DNA from: Chrysomallon squamiferum
Taxonomy: Eukaryota > Animalia > Mollusca
Reading direction: 5' to 3'
Length of the DNA: 64,000 nt
Assembly: GCA_012295275.1 (NCBI GenBank)
Contig: CM022671.1
Location: forward strand, 34,844,001-34,908,000
Below, one piece after another: positions 28,181 to 41,949 of the stretch (positions are counted from its first letter, which is position 1; each line of letters begins with the position of its first letter). The notes under the pieces were generated by a model that had not been told where the DNA came from, did no database searches, and worked only from the letters and a program-made list of their open reading frames with translations. Both the position numbers and the translations under genes were made by a program.

Positions 28181-28782
28181 CTATTATTATTATAAAATTG
28201 TAATTCTAATTAAAACATATGGAGGTGCTACTTATTTGTTGCAAAAATTGAGAAAAATTAGTTTATGGTTGTCTTTAGACACATTCCCTTTCAACTGCAG
28301 TGACCAGAGGTTATTTTCCATTTTGTTTATTTTTTTAAAGCATATATTACTGTTAAATGTAAACTGAATAAAGACTGTTTTTTAAAGGAGGGGTTGTTTT
28401 TCACAGTTTTAATAGCACAGTCAGTCATTAACACTCAAGACCAGCCCTAGGAGAAAAACTTGTGACCGTATGTGATGTAGATATGCTATACAACAGACAT
28501 TAAAAATTCATAAAGCTCTAAAGTATAACTAGTGGGCCTTATGCTTATATAAATATATGTATTGTATATATATTTCCAGTAAAAAAAATGCCATGAAAAT
28601 GTTCCTAACCTGCCAACATTTAAAAACAAAAATGCATCAATGAGGTTTTCAATGCAAAAGTAATAAACAAATTTTGCTTATATTATTGCAGAGTGTATTC
28701 GTAGTGTATTTGTAGTGTATTTGATACCTAAAACATGACATTGGTTAAAAGATTATCAAAATTACAAAAGTTTAATAAATAC

Positions 28783-28821
<39 letters not shown>

Positions 28822-29333
28822 AAAGAAGACATCATCAAAAATACAGGACGTGTCACATATCACCACCTTGTGATTTGCTTTGAGGGGTCCCATCCCATAA
28901 TTGTTGCCCTCAGCTATTAAGGCATTTCAAGTTCAATTTATTTACTAATAAAACGATGCACAATTTTACTTAGAAACACGGAATGAGTATACAGTACTGT
29001 ACAAGTTCATGAAACTGATTATAAAAAGTTTGTATGACTCATACTGCATCCTATATTCTGCAATATCCCATTCTATTATTAATAATGATGTATCCGTTCT
29101 GCAGCTGATACGCTTTTCTGTTCAGTATAACACACACAGAGAGAGAAAAATATGTATATATAATTAATAATATGGCTATAACACATTATGTTATTTTGCC
29201 CTGTCGTTTATGATTAATAACAAGTAATGGGCCTCGCGAATTCGATATTTTTCTGACCTTGCCTAAAGCAATGGTCACATAATTTAGTGACAACGAGTTT
29301 ATGTCAAAGCTGTATCATTTTATTTTTTTTTTA

Positions 29334-29366
<33 letters not shown>

Positions 29367-29918
29367 CGAAATACCTTTTTCTGATTAATGCAAAAAATTT
29401 GTGAAACACTTCGCATTCTTGAACTAACCGTATTTTATGACGTTTCCTGAGCTGACACAAATAGGAACTGTAATCTACTGGCGGATCTCTGTTAGGTTCC
29501 TGTTGGTTGAATAATCTCTGTGTTGCTGTCGTGATTGGATAGAGACAAAGTGAACGTATAAAAACTTTCTGACATCCTTGAGTGTGCCACATGAATGCAT
29601 CGCATTATCACAGACAGACGAAAGGTTTTCATAGCGTAAGTGATGTTTTCTTTCTCTTCTTCTTCTTCTTATTATTATTATGATTATCATTAGCATCATC
29701 ATCATCATTAGTAGTACTACTATTACAACTGATATTACTACAATTATATCTACTATTACTACGACCACAACTAACACTACTACAATTTTTTTTACTATTA
29801 TTAATATTAATGTTAGTGTTAGTGTTCTTTTTCTTCTTGGAGTTTGATTAATTGACATAAAACTAAAAATTCTGTACTTGTCTACTGGAAAGTTCTTACA
29901 AAAGTTACCTAGCTGCTA

Positions 29919-30024
<106 letters not shown>

Positions 30025-30971
30025 CACATATATTATGTATTACACGTCGTTAAGTACAAGCATTTAATTCATTCATTCATTTTGTCAAGGAATAATCAAC
30101 AGCTGAACTTTACTCATTCTGTATCATCTTCGTAAACACCGCGTTTAACATTATTATCAGTTTATTATGTAAAGGCTACTGAACTGGTAATTTAGGTTAA
30201 AATCGGGAAAATATTTCAGATAAATACGTAAACACAGTCTCCGATTCAACAACGCTGAAAACGTTTATACTGTTTGAATGATCGAGTAAAACAATAAGAT
30301 GGTTTTGTTCCTTTGGAGAGTAATTGAAGTTAAGTAATTCCAGAAGATGAATTGAGCAATATGTCTTCAGAAGTGGAATTTCCTTTTTATGTAAGGCTTA
30401 AGGTTGTGTTAGAAATAGTAATATCTGTTCTTGTCATTAGTTCAAACATTTTTAAAAAAGAAGAAAAGAAAAGTACTTTGTGTCAGTAAATGTTGGAATT
30501 AAGGTCATAGAAATGCTTTTGGTTTTTCTTTTTTGATCTTTATTTGTTTGGTTGTTGTAGCTAATTTTTCTCTCTTTTTATTATTTTTTTTTTTTTGTTT
30601 TGTTTGTTTTTGCTTTTATTTATTTTTCTTGATTTGATTTTATTATTTATTTATTTTTGTGTGTGATTTTTTGTTTGTTTGTTTGTTGTTTTTGTTACTG
30701 TTTTGTTGTTTTAAAAGCATAATCGTTTAATTTGTATTTCAGATATCTGCATTTCCCACAAGAGAAGAATGTTAGATCGAAATAGTTGTATATTTTGATC
30801 TCGGTGCTTACAAGACAAGCATTTTATTCGTTTTCTGTGCTTGTTTTAAGAATAAAGAAAAATAAATTAAACTTGTGTACTCCAGAAAGGTGAAAGCTGA
30901 CGACTGAAAACTTAAAATCAGTATAATTATAAGTCGTTCGTATAGTGTGCTTGTTTGTGGAATTACGCAAA

Positions 30972-32266
30972 ATGAATCTGTCTGATTTCGGTGAACTTGA
31001 TCCGTCATCAACGGCTTCTCCACACCATGCACACGGTAACGAATCAGAGCACTTCATCAACATCCCCGCAGTGGTTTATGTAGGAATTTTATCAACACTG
31101 GGTACCATCGGAAATACAACTGTGCTCTATATATACACTGTTAAATTCAAACAAAATGCTTTCAACACTTTTATCATCTTTTTAGCAGCGTTTGACATCA
31201 TCTGCAGCGCTGTGGAAATGCCTTTGGACGTTGTTAATATGCTGCACCTGGTGCATTTCGCCGCTTGTAAACCTATAGTGATAACAGCAACGACAACAGC
31301 ACTGGCTACTGGCTTCCTTCTCATTGCAATTGCAGTGATAAGATACAAAGGGGTGTGCCAGCCGCTTAAACCGAATATATCGGTCCTTCAAGCAAGAGTT
31401 ATCTCTCTTGTTTCACTAGTAATAGCAATCTGCATATCCTGGCCTTCGGCTGTCATGATTACGAACGTACCAGAAAAACTCCAGGGAGGAATGATTGTCG
31501 TCAGTTGCGAATATGATTCGTACTTCAAAAACACGTTGTATCCTTTGATATTTAATGGAATTCTATTTTTAGTTTTTGCTTCGGCGTTTGTCACTTTGAT
31601 TACTTTATATTCAATCATAGGCAGACGACTGTGGCTAAGGAAAAATATGGACCTTCGCTCACATCAGTATCAAATCAAAGAAAAATACCAACAACGAAAG
31701 AAGCATACAACACTCACGATGAAAGATTTTCTGAGAACGTCATCATCGGCAGTAAAAAAGATAATTATGACATTTACTATAACTGTACCGCTAAATCAAA
31801 TGATAGAAGTTCGCTGCAGAAAGAGAAACGCAATTCCAATTCTGAAAACTTTTCACTGACGTCTGCAAGACCGGAAAGATGTAACGTACCTATATCAGTA
31901 ATAGTCGAATCGGACAACGGAAGCAGTACCAGCACGGTTTCAAACAACAGTTCGTTGAAACTTGTACCAATGAAGAAAAAATCAAAGTTCACAATACAAA
32001 ACACATTTAAAACGCTGTTTATAGTGACAGTTATTTTTCTGCTTAGTTATTTACCTCATCTCAGTTTGATGATTGCTGGAGCTGTCGGATCGGATTTGGA
32101 CGTGACTCCTCTGGGTCAAAGTTTTATCGGAATTTTCATCAGGTCATATCTAATAAGCAGTGCCTCAAATCCCATCATATACGGATGTTATAACAACAAG
32201 TTTAGAGCTGAAATTACCAAACTCTATAATGATGTCAGAAGTTGTTTTGGATTTAATAAATGTTGA
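30972..32266 (+). CDS. Class A (rhodopsin-like) orphan peptide-receptor-like GPCR, paralog 1; single coding exon with a 1-nt frameshift at the A5 run 31641-31645
   Basis: ORF 30945-31859 carries TM1-5 (GTIGN, LAAFD, IAVIRY..CQP, SWP). ORF 31631-32266 carries ICL3, TM6 (SYLPH) and TM7 (SNPIIY). Adding one A gives LRKKYGPS, collinear with paralog 2 (QREKYGPS). An upstream 5'UTR acceptor lies at ~30742. Confidence 0.9.
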
Positions 32267-33047
32267 CTTGTAATGTCCACGATATTGTAAAAACAATGAA
32301 CAATAACTGGAAATTAAAAAAGTACGAAAACAAAATGAAAAAGAAAAAGAAAACTGTGTGAGTGAACGCATACAAGAAAAATCAATACAAAAAAAAAAAA
32401 AATCAAAACATGAAATGTTTTGTTTGTTACTGTTATTTTCTTTTATGTTGAATAAAACAATGGGTGTTTTGCGATTTGATAATTACATACGAAAGGTAAC
32501 AATATCTGTCTCAGTACGTTTGAGATGAGTAACTGGCGTATGGGCTACTTGTGAATGTGAGTTGCTATTCGACGAAGAGTCAAAATTTATGCAGACCAGC
32601 ACTTAAAAGTACGTGCTGACACAAACTCAAATAAGTATGAACACACCCAAACACGTACACACGCACGCAAACGCTTTGTTTCGCACCTACGTCTACAAAC
32701 ACGTGAACAGTTAAACTAGAACAGTTTTAAGACATCTGAAAATATTCGGCAGTCGTTGTCTAACTGTGAAACTGTTGTAACCAGGGGATAAGTTTTCGAA
32801 TTCTGAAACGGCCAGTAATATTCAGAGCGAATAATACAATTTTACGATAGCTGTGATAACCTTTGTCGCGAAAGAATAAGGCAGAGCAGATTAAGTTTAG
32901 TGATTCTTTTATGTCTGCAGGTGCACTTAACGTGATCGCAAGATATTTTATAATAATGATTTTGAAATACTGCCAGAAACAAACCGCACTTTTGCCGTTG
33001 TTTGATTTTAAACGTTTGGAAAAAGCCACATTATTATTATTTATTTT

Positions 33048-33200
33048 TTAAATTCTTTTTCACAGTTTTGACCTTTTAAATGTCTTTTTCACAGTTTTAA
33101 CTTTTTAAATGTCTTTTTCACAGTTTTAACTTTTTAAATGTTTTTTTGACAGTTTTAACTTTTTAAATTCTTTTTCACAGTTTTAACTTTTTAAATTTAT
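33048..33200. repeat. ~30-bp minisatellite, about 5 copies
   Basis: TTTTTAAATGTCTTTTTCACAGTTTTAAC repeated in tandem. Confidence 0.85.
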
Positions 33201-33787
33201 TTAACATTAGTCTTTAAAGGTGTGAACAAATACACAAAGAATAACCTGTATACTTTTAAATGGTTGTTTCAACAGTCTTTACTGATAATAAAGTATGACA
33301 ATAATGTGCCGGTTACTAATTTCCTTTCTTTCCTATATGCTCAGTGACGTCACCTTTTAAACACAACTCACAACTGCTAAAAAAAAAAAAAAAAGAATAT
33401 TGATAAATTTTTCAGTTCAATCATTATTATTACTATTGTTGTCGTTGTCGTTCTTGTGATCGTTATTTTTGGTTTTGTTATTCTTGTTGATATTATTCTT
33501 GTTGTTTTTGTTGTTATTGTTGTTGCTTTCGCTCCTTCTGCTGCTGCTATTGTTTTGAAAAATTTAACCCCTACCGTCATAGATAAAAATAATAATAAAT
33601 AAAATACAGTTTATAACCTGTGGCCTATGAAGGATAATTTATGATCCTGTGTGTTACGCAGCTATTTCAGAGTCTAGTTAACACAAAGAATGAGGTCGCG
33701 AGGAGAAGATCTGCTAGACGCCTACAGACATTGACACACCTTCAGTCTGCTGAATGTAAGTAATATTACTTAAATATACATCTACAC

Positions 33788-33789
<2 letters not shown>

Positions 33790-33866
<77 letters not shown>

Positions 33867-34240
33867 CTCTCTCTCTCTCTATATATATAGAGTGTATATT
33901 GTATATTATCTGTCTGCATGTGTATGTATTTTGTGTGTATGTGTATATACATTTACACAAACACATATACTTATCTATCTGCCTACTCACATACATACAT
34001 ATACAGACACAAAACCTGTGCACACATACACATAAATACATGCATACATACATACACACAAACACATACACATACAATCATCCACATAATACATGCATAT
34101 ATACACACACATATATATATACATACATCACACACATACATACACATTCACACATATATATATATATATACACACATATACATACATACACATTCATACA
34201 TACATATACACACATATACATACATACATACATACATACA

Positions 34241-34274
<34 letters not shown>

Positions 34275-34290
34275 CATACATACATACATT
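33790..34290. repeat. Compound microsatellite: (CT)n followed by (CA/TA)n and (TACA)n
   Basis: Directly visible; it generates the spurious ERER and HTY ORFs. Confidence 0.95.
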
Positions 34291-35238
34291 TATTGTATGT
34301 ATTTAATGGATCTAGACATATATTCAGAAGCCCTATCTCGGTAATGAAATATAAATATTAAAAAAGGGAAACAACACATATCTCAGCCTTTGATAAATCA
34401 TTCGTAACTTACTGACTGGATCTGGAAGATGACGAGTGAAAGAAAAACGACAGTCCCAAGCCTTGTACAAGTATTTACAGAAATCACACAGGACAAAGAT
34501 GTTGTATTTTTCTTATATTTACTCTAACACTCACGTCAACAGTTTTATTGATAAATGCACTGTATATCTTTTAAAATAACAAGCTGAAATTTGATCGGAC
34601 ATTTGCACTGAAATTTGATCAGACATTAGACGTTAAATCACCCAGAATGCCAGACAGAGGTTCTTTATCTCAGTGGTTGCGCATGCGCAAAGCTGAAGTC
34701 TCTACACAATTTCCCATTCCTCTCTTCGCTCCATGAACTGTAGTGAAAATTGAGTTCCTAATTTGTGTTGATGTCTGTATATCAGAACTATCTTCTTTGC
34801 ATTCTATTTTTAAATTCTTTATTTGTTTCGTTCCATTTTTTCTATCTTTTCCTTCATTCTTTTTTTCTTCTTTCACCACTATTATAAAAAAAAAAAGGCC
34901 TATATATGAAAAATAATAATAACAATAAAAAAACAACAAAATTGACAACAACAACAAAAACTCCACTGTGTTATTGAAAAATATAAATTATATACCTAAT
35001 AACAAGAAGAAGATTATATTTATATATGTAGGCAGACATATTGACATATTAAGTTAAAACACTTTTGATATTTGCTTGTAGAGAGAAAGACCTGCATATT
35101 CTGCTACATCTCCACGCATGGTTAATCAAGCGATTGATTTTTTATGTTATAATGATAATAAAATACACTTTGTGATGAAAATGAATGGTTGCTGTAGGGA
35201 ACTGTACCAATGATTTTTTTTTTTTTTTTTAAAGTGCG

Positions 35239-35337
<99 letters not shown>

Positions 35338-36199
35338 ATATTTCGTTTATTTCGTCCTTTTAAAGTGTTAGTTTGTTGAGGGTTTCGGGTTTTTTTTTTT
35401 TTTTTTTTTGTGTTGGATTTTTTAATTTAATTTTTATTTATTTTTTTCATTTTTACTTTTTTATTATTACTATTATTATTTTTATATATATTTATTTTTT
35501 TATTATTATTATTTTTCTTCTTTCTGTTGTTGTTGTTGCTATTGTTTTCTTTGTTTTTTCAAAGTGCTTATAAAATTCCATTTTCAGACAATAAACCCAG
35601 AAAACTAGATTTTTGTAAAGTAAAAGAATAGTAGATACGTTTAATGTATCAACAGGGTTATAAAATTATTTTAAAGCTTATTCTCGTCTCGTTATATTTA
35701 GAAGCCGAGGTGCAATTAGTTTCTTTAGTTTTTATTATTTTCACACAAAAAAAAAAAAAATAATAATAAAACTAATAATAAAAAAAAAAATTAATATGAT
35801 AATTTATTTTATATGCGAATGTAACTGATATTTAGACATTATCGTTTAGATATGTTAAGAATCTGAAGTGTAAAAACAGTCGACAGCTTTTATTAATTTC
35901 ACATAATAATAATAATAATAATAATAACAGCAAAAACAACAGTAATAATAATAATAAAACGAAATAAATAAGATTATTGAAAAGCATAGTTAATAAAATT
36001 GTTAATTTAAACATTACCTTTCTTTCTTTTCGTTCACGGCACACAGTTGTCTCTTTTTTATTTTATTATAGTAACACAATAAAAATTAGTTGTTTGATGT
36101 TGTTGTTGTTTCTTGTCCTTTTTTTTTTTTTTTTTTTTTTGTTATTGTGTGTTTGTTTTTCTTTTTGTTTTTGTAATTATTGAAGTTCTGATGGACGTT

Positions 36200-36235
<36 letters not shown>

Positions 36236-37062
36236 TGTCCCTAGAGCAGTATGACCATATAAAGTATAAAAGTAAGATTTAATTCACATAAAGCGAAGTA
36301 TGTGTCACGCAAATCATTTGATTACATCATTATTGTAAAAAATTTCGCAGAACTCCAGTATACAATTAATACAAGAAAAAGCCCCGGCTGAAAACGGAAT
36401 TACTTCACATAATAGTAACAATAAGTGTACACTGAATGAAAGGTGCAGTCGAGGATGTATTTGTGTCACGGGTCAGTGGTTAAAAATAAACATATATGTG
36501 ACGATTGGCTGACGGGAATTTAAGATGTATACGTAAACTTCCTGCTGTGTAGTGTACAGTTTCATTCAGTTTACACAGGTGATCGTCTGTTCAAAGTATA
36601 GAGCATTCACATACGTTTAATTTCATACTGCAAGATGTCAGAAAATTATTGCTCGTTTCGTCATACTGGTGTTGTAACTTTGATTTTCTGGTAAGTTGAT
36701 GTTGATGCTATCGCGTTATGCTGTAAGTAACTGTAAGTATCGTCTTTATTGTCAGGTCTGATTGCTATACTTAAATACAGTTTCATTGTATGATCTTTTA
36801 ACAGTACCGGTAATATCATCTGGCAAACACCATCACCGTTTCATAGACAGATAGGTAGATAGACAACAGACAGACAGTCAAATAGATAGTCTGACAGACA
36901 GGTAGACAGATAAACAGACAGACATACAGTCAGATAGGTAGATAGACAGGTAGGTTTTGGTTGAATGGATTGATTGATAGATAGTTAAATATAGATAGAA
37001 ATATAGATGAATTATTATTGTTTATGTTGATGTTGATGTTATTGTTGTTGTTGTTGTTGTTG

Positions 37063-37118
<56 letters not shown>

Positions 37119-37602
37119 TTAAAGTACTGTTATTGTTATCGTATCATGTGGAAACTACAATTAGGAAATATTTTTATTTTTTATCATATTGTGGAAAAAT
37201 ACTGTTTGAGCTGAGTATGATTTTAATACAACTCCAGTGAAGAAGGAAATATTGTGGAGGAATGACTCGGCTGCATTTAAATATCGCTGTACTCTCTAAA
37301 CAATGATAAACAATGCAAAACCGGTTTGGCGTGTATTTTAGGAGAGAATAATGATGTGGTGATAGTAACTCGACAGAGTTGTCAAAGTGAAGCTCTAAGC
37401 TAGTGATTCCAAACCAGGAAGTCCGAAAGAAATTATAGATGCAGTATCTAAACCCTTATTAACATTAATGTTTATTCAATTACACGGGTTTTCTCAATAC
37501 GTGAAAAAACAAATATTCTAGAGGCTTTTCTAGAGGTAACAAAACTGTTCATCGCGGTTCGTTTTCTTTGTTTATTCTTAAATCAAGTTCGGCTATGATA
37601 AA

Positions 37603-37693
37603 GAGGAGGGCTGTGATGGGAAAGGAAGGCTACGATGGGGAGGGGGGGCTATGATGGGGACGAGAGCTGTGATGATGAGGAGGGCTGTGATGG
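37603..37693. repeat. G-rich ~20-bp tandem repeat, about 5 copies
   Basis: GAGGGCTGTGATGGG(A) units upstream of GPCR paralog 2. Confidence 0.7.
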
Positions 37694-38042
37694 TTACTTA
37701 AAATAGCACAATTAACTGCGGTGATCTAATTCGGATCCTGTCACAGTGAAACCGCTGTGCGAATTCCTGCAGAGTGAGTGTTTTACGCTTACACATATAC
37801 GTGTTGACAGCTGAACGCGTTGTGAGGTGTTTTGGGTTGTTTTTTTTTTTCCTTCACAATGTCAGTGTAAATAGCAGTCTGTGTTACAAATATTTTCACA
37901 GTTAATATGGACAGTGTAAGTACAGATACTGAAGATTACCCTGTCGAAAAGTAATTGGTGAGGTTATTAAATGTTATCGTTGTAATCGTTTGCCTTTGAA
38001 AGTATTTATCGTGTTTTTAAAGCTTTAGATTATTAGTTCTAC

Positions 38043-38077
<35 letters not shown>

Positions 38078-38294
38078 TCATCATCATCATCATTTGTTTA
38101 CTTACTTATTAATTTATTATTATTAATGTTATTATTTCTTTATTTTCTTTATTAATGTTGTTTTTGTCATTTATAAATATATTTTTTTTATTATTATCAA
38201 TATTATTATTACTGTTATTGCTATTATTATTATTATTATTTATTTTTTCTATGTATTTATTTTTTAATTTTTCTTATTGTTGCTTTTTGGTTTG

Positions 38295-38325
<31 letters not shown>

Positions 38326-38357
38326 CTTTTTGCTGTGGTTGTGGTTGATGATGATGA

Positions 38358-38391
<34 letters not shown>

Positions 38392-38525
38392 ATTATTATT
38401 ATTATTATTACTGATTTCAGTACTCTGGCTGTACGATGATTGAAAGAGGAAAACATTTCACTGCTTGGCACGCATCTCACAGAAATTTCTAGACGTTCCA
38501 CGAACGACAACCGTCTCAGTGAATC

Positions 38526-39767
38526 ATGGCGATGAACGTGACAATGCAACCGTCCAACGTGACAGAGCCACAGTATTTTACAAACATACCCGCAGCAGTC
38601 TGCATGGCGATATTTGCAGTGATTGGAACAGTTGGAAATTCAGTAGTTCTTTACGTGTTCATCACAAAATTCAAACAAAAGACGTTCAACATTTTCATCG
38701 TCTTCCTGGCCGTGTCTGACGTCATAAGCAGTGGTGTGCTGATGCCCCTGGACGTAGTCGATCTCCTTCTTCCTACACGTTTCTGGGGATGCAAGCCGCT
38801 CGTCGTCATAGCTACATGTACTGCCATGGCAACTGGGTTTGTGTTGGTGGCAATTGCAGTGCTGCGTTACAAAGGAATCTGCCAGCCGCTGAAACCAAAC
38901 ATATCAGTGTTCCAGGCTAAGGTCATCTGTGGTGTTTCTGTAGGAATAGCTGTAGCCCTCTCCTGGCCGTCTGCTGTCTTGGTGGGTAAAATCCCAGACG
39001 AGCTGGGGCCGGGGTTGTACGTGATGAACTGTGCCACGGAGGAGAAGTTCAAAGATTCTGTTTACCCTTTGGTGTTTTATGGATTTCTCTTCCTGATGTT
39101 CGTCGCCGTGTTTCTTACGCTGATCGTTTTGTATGCTATGATTGGTGCGAGACTGAGACAGAGAGAGAAATATGGACCTTCGGCTAAACCCAGACCGTCA
39201 ACAAGTCAGTTTTACTACAGCTGTCAAGAAACGAGCATTTCAGAAAGCCAGTTAAACTGTCGAGAACTAAATCCTTCGGAAAGAAAGGTTAATTATGGAA
39301 CAAATATAAACAATTCTGAAATTCAGGAGGAATCTGTGATAAAAGATATTTCGAATTCCAATGAACCGTCGACAGCGTCTAATAAAACAGACCAACCAAC
39401 ACAGCCGTCTGTTGACGGCGAACCAAACAGCAGCAGCAGTTCAGCCTCCAACCAAAGTGTTTCAAACATGGTCCCAGCCAAAAAAATAACCCACTTTCCT
39501 AGCAAAAACACCTTCAAAATGCTGTTTGTCGTCACTTTGGTCTTTCTGCTGAGCTACTTACCCCATCTAAGCCTAATGCTGTACGAAGCCGTAGGCTCAG
39601 ATTTGGATACGTCTCCCCTGGGTGAAAGTTTCGTTGGCATTTTCATAAGATCCTATCTCATAAGCAACGTAGCGAACCCTTTTATATACGGTTGCTGTAG
39701 CTATAGATTTAGAGAGGAGACGGCCACCATATTTAAAAAAATTAAAATACGTCTGCACATCCTTTGA
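38526..39767 (+). CDS. Class A orphan GPCR, paralog 2 (413 aa, intact single coding exon)
   Basis: Seven TM segments with GTVGN, LAVSD, IAVLRY, SWP, SYLPH, ANPFIY and helix 8 YRFREE; N-terminal N-glycosylation sequons (NVT twice). Highly similar to paralog 1 in the TMs, divergent in ICL3. Confidence 0.95.
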   Translation: MAMNVTMQPSNVTEPQYFTNIPAAVCMAIFAVIGTVGNSVVLYVFITKFKQKTFNIFIVFLAVSDVISSGVLMPLDVVDLLLPTRFWGCKPLVVIATCTAMATGFVLVAIAVLRYKGICQPLKPNISVFQAKVICGVSVGIAVALSWPSAVLVGKIPDELGPGLYVMNCATEEKFKDSVYPLVFYGFLFLMFVAVFLTLIVLYAMIGARLRQREKYGPSAKPRPSTSQFYYSCQETSISESQLNCRELNPSERKVNYGTNINNSEIQEESVIKDISNSNEPSTASNKTDQPTQPSVDGEPNSSSSSASNQSVSNMVPAKKITHFPSKNTFKMLFVVTLVFLLSYLPHLSLMLYEAVGSDLDTSPLGESFVGIFIRSYLISNVANPFIYGCCSYRFREETATIFKKIKIRLHIL

Positions 39768-40350
39768 AGGAATTTCTTCATTTAATCCTGCTGAGTTTTT
39801 AACATTCAAGCCGACACATGGACGAGACGTCACAGTGAAATGTCTGGGATACCAGCTGAACGTATTTTTATATGCAGAATGGAAACCTTCAGGTTACATT
39901 GGTTTCGTTATTATCATTTTCTTTTTTTTTAAATCAATTTTGGATATGGTATGTTCTGAAATCCATTTAATTAGCTTCAGAGTTCATGTTTTCTATAAAT
40001 TTGGATAAACATTATTTTACGTTTTGAATGTGAACTGTGCAATTTTGTCTTGTGAACGTATTCCACATCACAAAAACACTAGAATGCTGTTGTTTAATTA
40101 ACACGTGATATTTTTTTTATCGCTTTGTAATGATCGCATTTTCTACCGAATCATTTTGATGTATTTATATTTACATTTGTTTTTATTTTTGTAATTAACT
40201 GTAATGTATTACCACTTATTGTCAAAACGAACGAAATAAGAGATGTTATATAGTCTGAATATTCGTAAACCGGCGCTTTAAAATATATGTATATCTGTCT
40301 GTACGTGTGTGTTCGAATGTTTATGAGTATGTATTCAAACATTCAAATTA

Positions 40351-40635
40351 CTGGTTGACAATCTCTTATCTGAAATGCTTTGGACCAGAAGTGTTTCGGA
40401 TTTTGAAATACGAGGTGATAGCCTGAGTATCTGATCTAAGTGTAAATATGAATTTCACTTTTTTGTTTATTTTATAAGACAGTTTATACAGATAGTCTGC
40501 ATGATTTTTGCATCTAATATTTTTAATAATTGTGTGTATACAAAACAGTCCTAAAACTGTAAAATTTTCACTATTTCTGCTGTTCGAAAAAGAATTCGGA
40601 TTTCAGAGTTTTTCGGTTAAGGGATTCTTGACCTA
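40351..40635. mobile_element. Degenerate non-autonomous pogo/Tigger-family DNA transposon (MITE), Tigger4/Zombi-like
   Basis: TA at 40349-40350 is followed by CTGGTTGACAATCTCTTATCTGAAATGCTTTGGACCAGAAGTGTTTCGGATTTTG. The right end TTTCGGTTAAGGGATTCTTGACCTA is an imperfect inverted repeat of the left end (17/25 by hand). The resemblance to the Tigger4 consensus is recalled from memory, not searched. Confidence 0.7.
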
Positions 40636-41692
40636 CATTACGAAGTGCTAAACACAGAGTTGTCGTTACTGATTTAATATAGGAAACCTGCGAAACTGTT
40701 ACTGAGAAAAAAAGACAGCACGACATTTAAACATTATAATTAACGTATAAAGATGTATTACTAGATTTATTTATATAATTTATTTGTTATGTTTTGTTTT
40801 CTTTTGAGTTTTTTTTTTTTTATCATTATTATTATTATTTTTTTTTATCATTATTATTATTATATATTGATTATTGTGCAATATTAAATTAAATAAACAA
40901 CATTTAAAAAAAATTAAAATGTCTGAAAATTATTTTAATCCTTTTAGTTCTTACATTAACAAATTTCATGTTAATTAAAACAACTAATAACAAGTGAATT
41001 TCTGCAAATAAAAGAAAAAAAAACAAACAAACAAAACATTTCATGGCCTTTGATAAACCAGTCGTATTGCAGTAGTGAAAACAGGAAATAAATTATATTA
41101 AAAACTGGCATTAGGAAGATGACAAAGATTTAGTTTGAATACGGATTCAGGATTTCCTTTAATTTCATTCATGATGACGATGATAAAAAGCTAAAGGGTA
41201 TCGTTTTATTACCACCTTTATTTATAATGGTAAAACTATATAAAACTAAATAATAATAATAATAAACTGTGAAAAAAAATCATCTAAACATTTGTTATAT
41301 ACAAGCATGTAATTTACAAATAATACAAAAAATTATATTAAGTAATATTCCCTATCTTTCACTGTGCTGTTTTGTCAGTAAAGACCACACAGCCGAACAG
41401 TAAAATAAGAAAACATGATCATTTCTTCTAAGTTAAATACGGTAATACACAAATACAGCCAAACTGCACCTGTTTATTTCTAAATGATCGTCACACTGGC
41501 GTTCAGATTTGAGTAATAATAAGGTAAGAAAATAAAATAGAAAAAATGTAAAGAAAATGAATATCAATATTCAATATCTCTTCTTACTTGAGTATTCGAA
41601 TTAAAAAATCTAAAAAAAAAAAAAAAAAATAAGCTTTTTATCAATTTTTTAACAGGTATTCAGAAATTCATAAAATAATTAATTGGATATAT

Positions 41693-41727
<35 letters not shown>

Positions 41728-41901
41728 TTTTAAAATTAAATTATCACTTGGGATTATTCATACATTTATAGTAGCCATACATTTGTTTAGATTGATTATC
41801 TAAATAATAACGAGTTTACTTTACAAACAAAATTAAATTAACAGTAACAATAAATAAATAAAGTAATAATAATAATAATAATAAAATTAAAAAAAAATTA
41901 A

Positions 41902-41949
<48 letters not shown>

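Noticed and set aside
28420-28930. Possible transposon relic downstream of RFC5
   Set aside because: No convincing terminal inverted repeats or target-site duplication found by eye.
31631-32266. GPCR paralog 1 as a pseudogene or two separate genes
   Set aside because: A single missing A in a homopolymer with both halves otherwise intact; the same error type occurs in KSR and RFC5.
33766-34361. ORFs rich in ERER, HTY or CMYV (also 48580-48845, 51759-52196, 16383-16574, 29475-29858, 60788-60988)
   Set aside because: Translations of microsatellites; no domain, splice or codon support.
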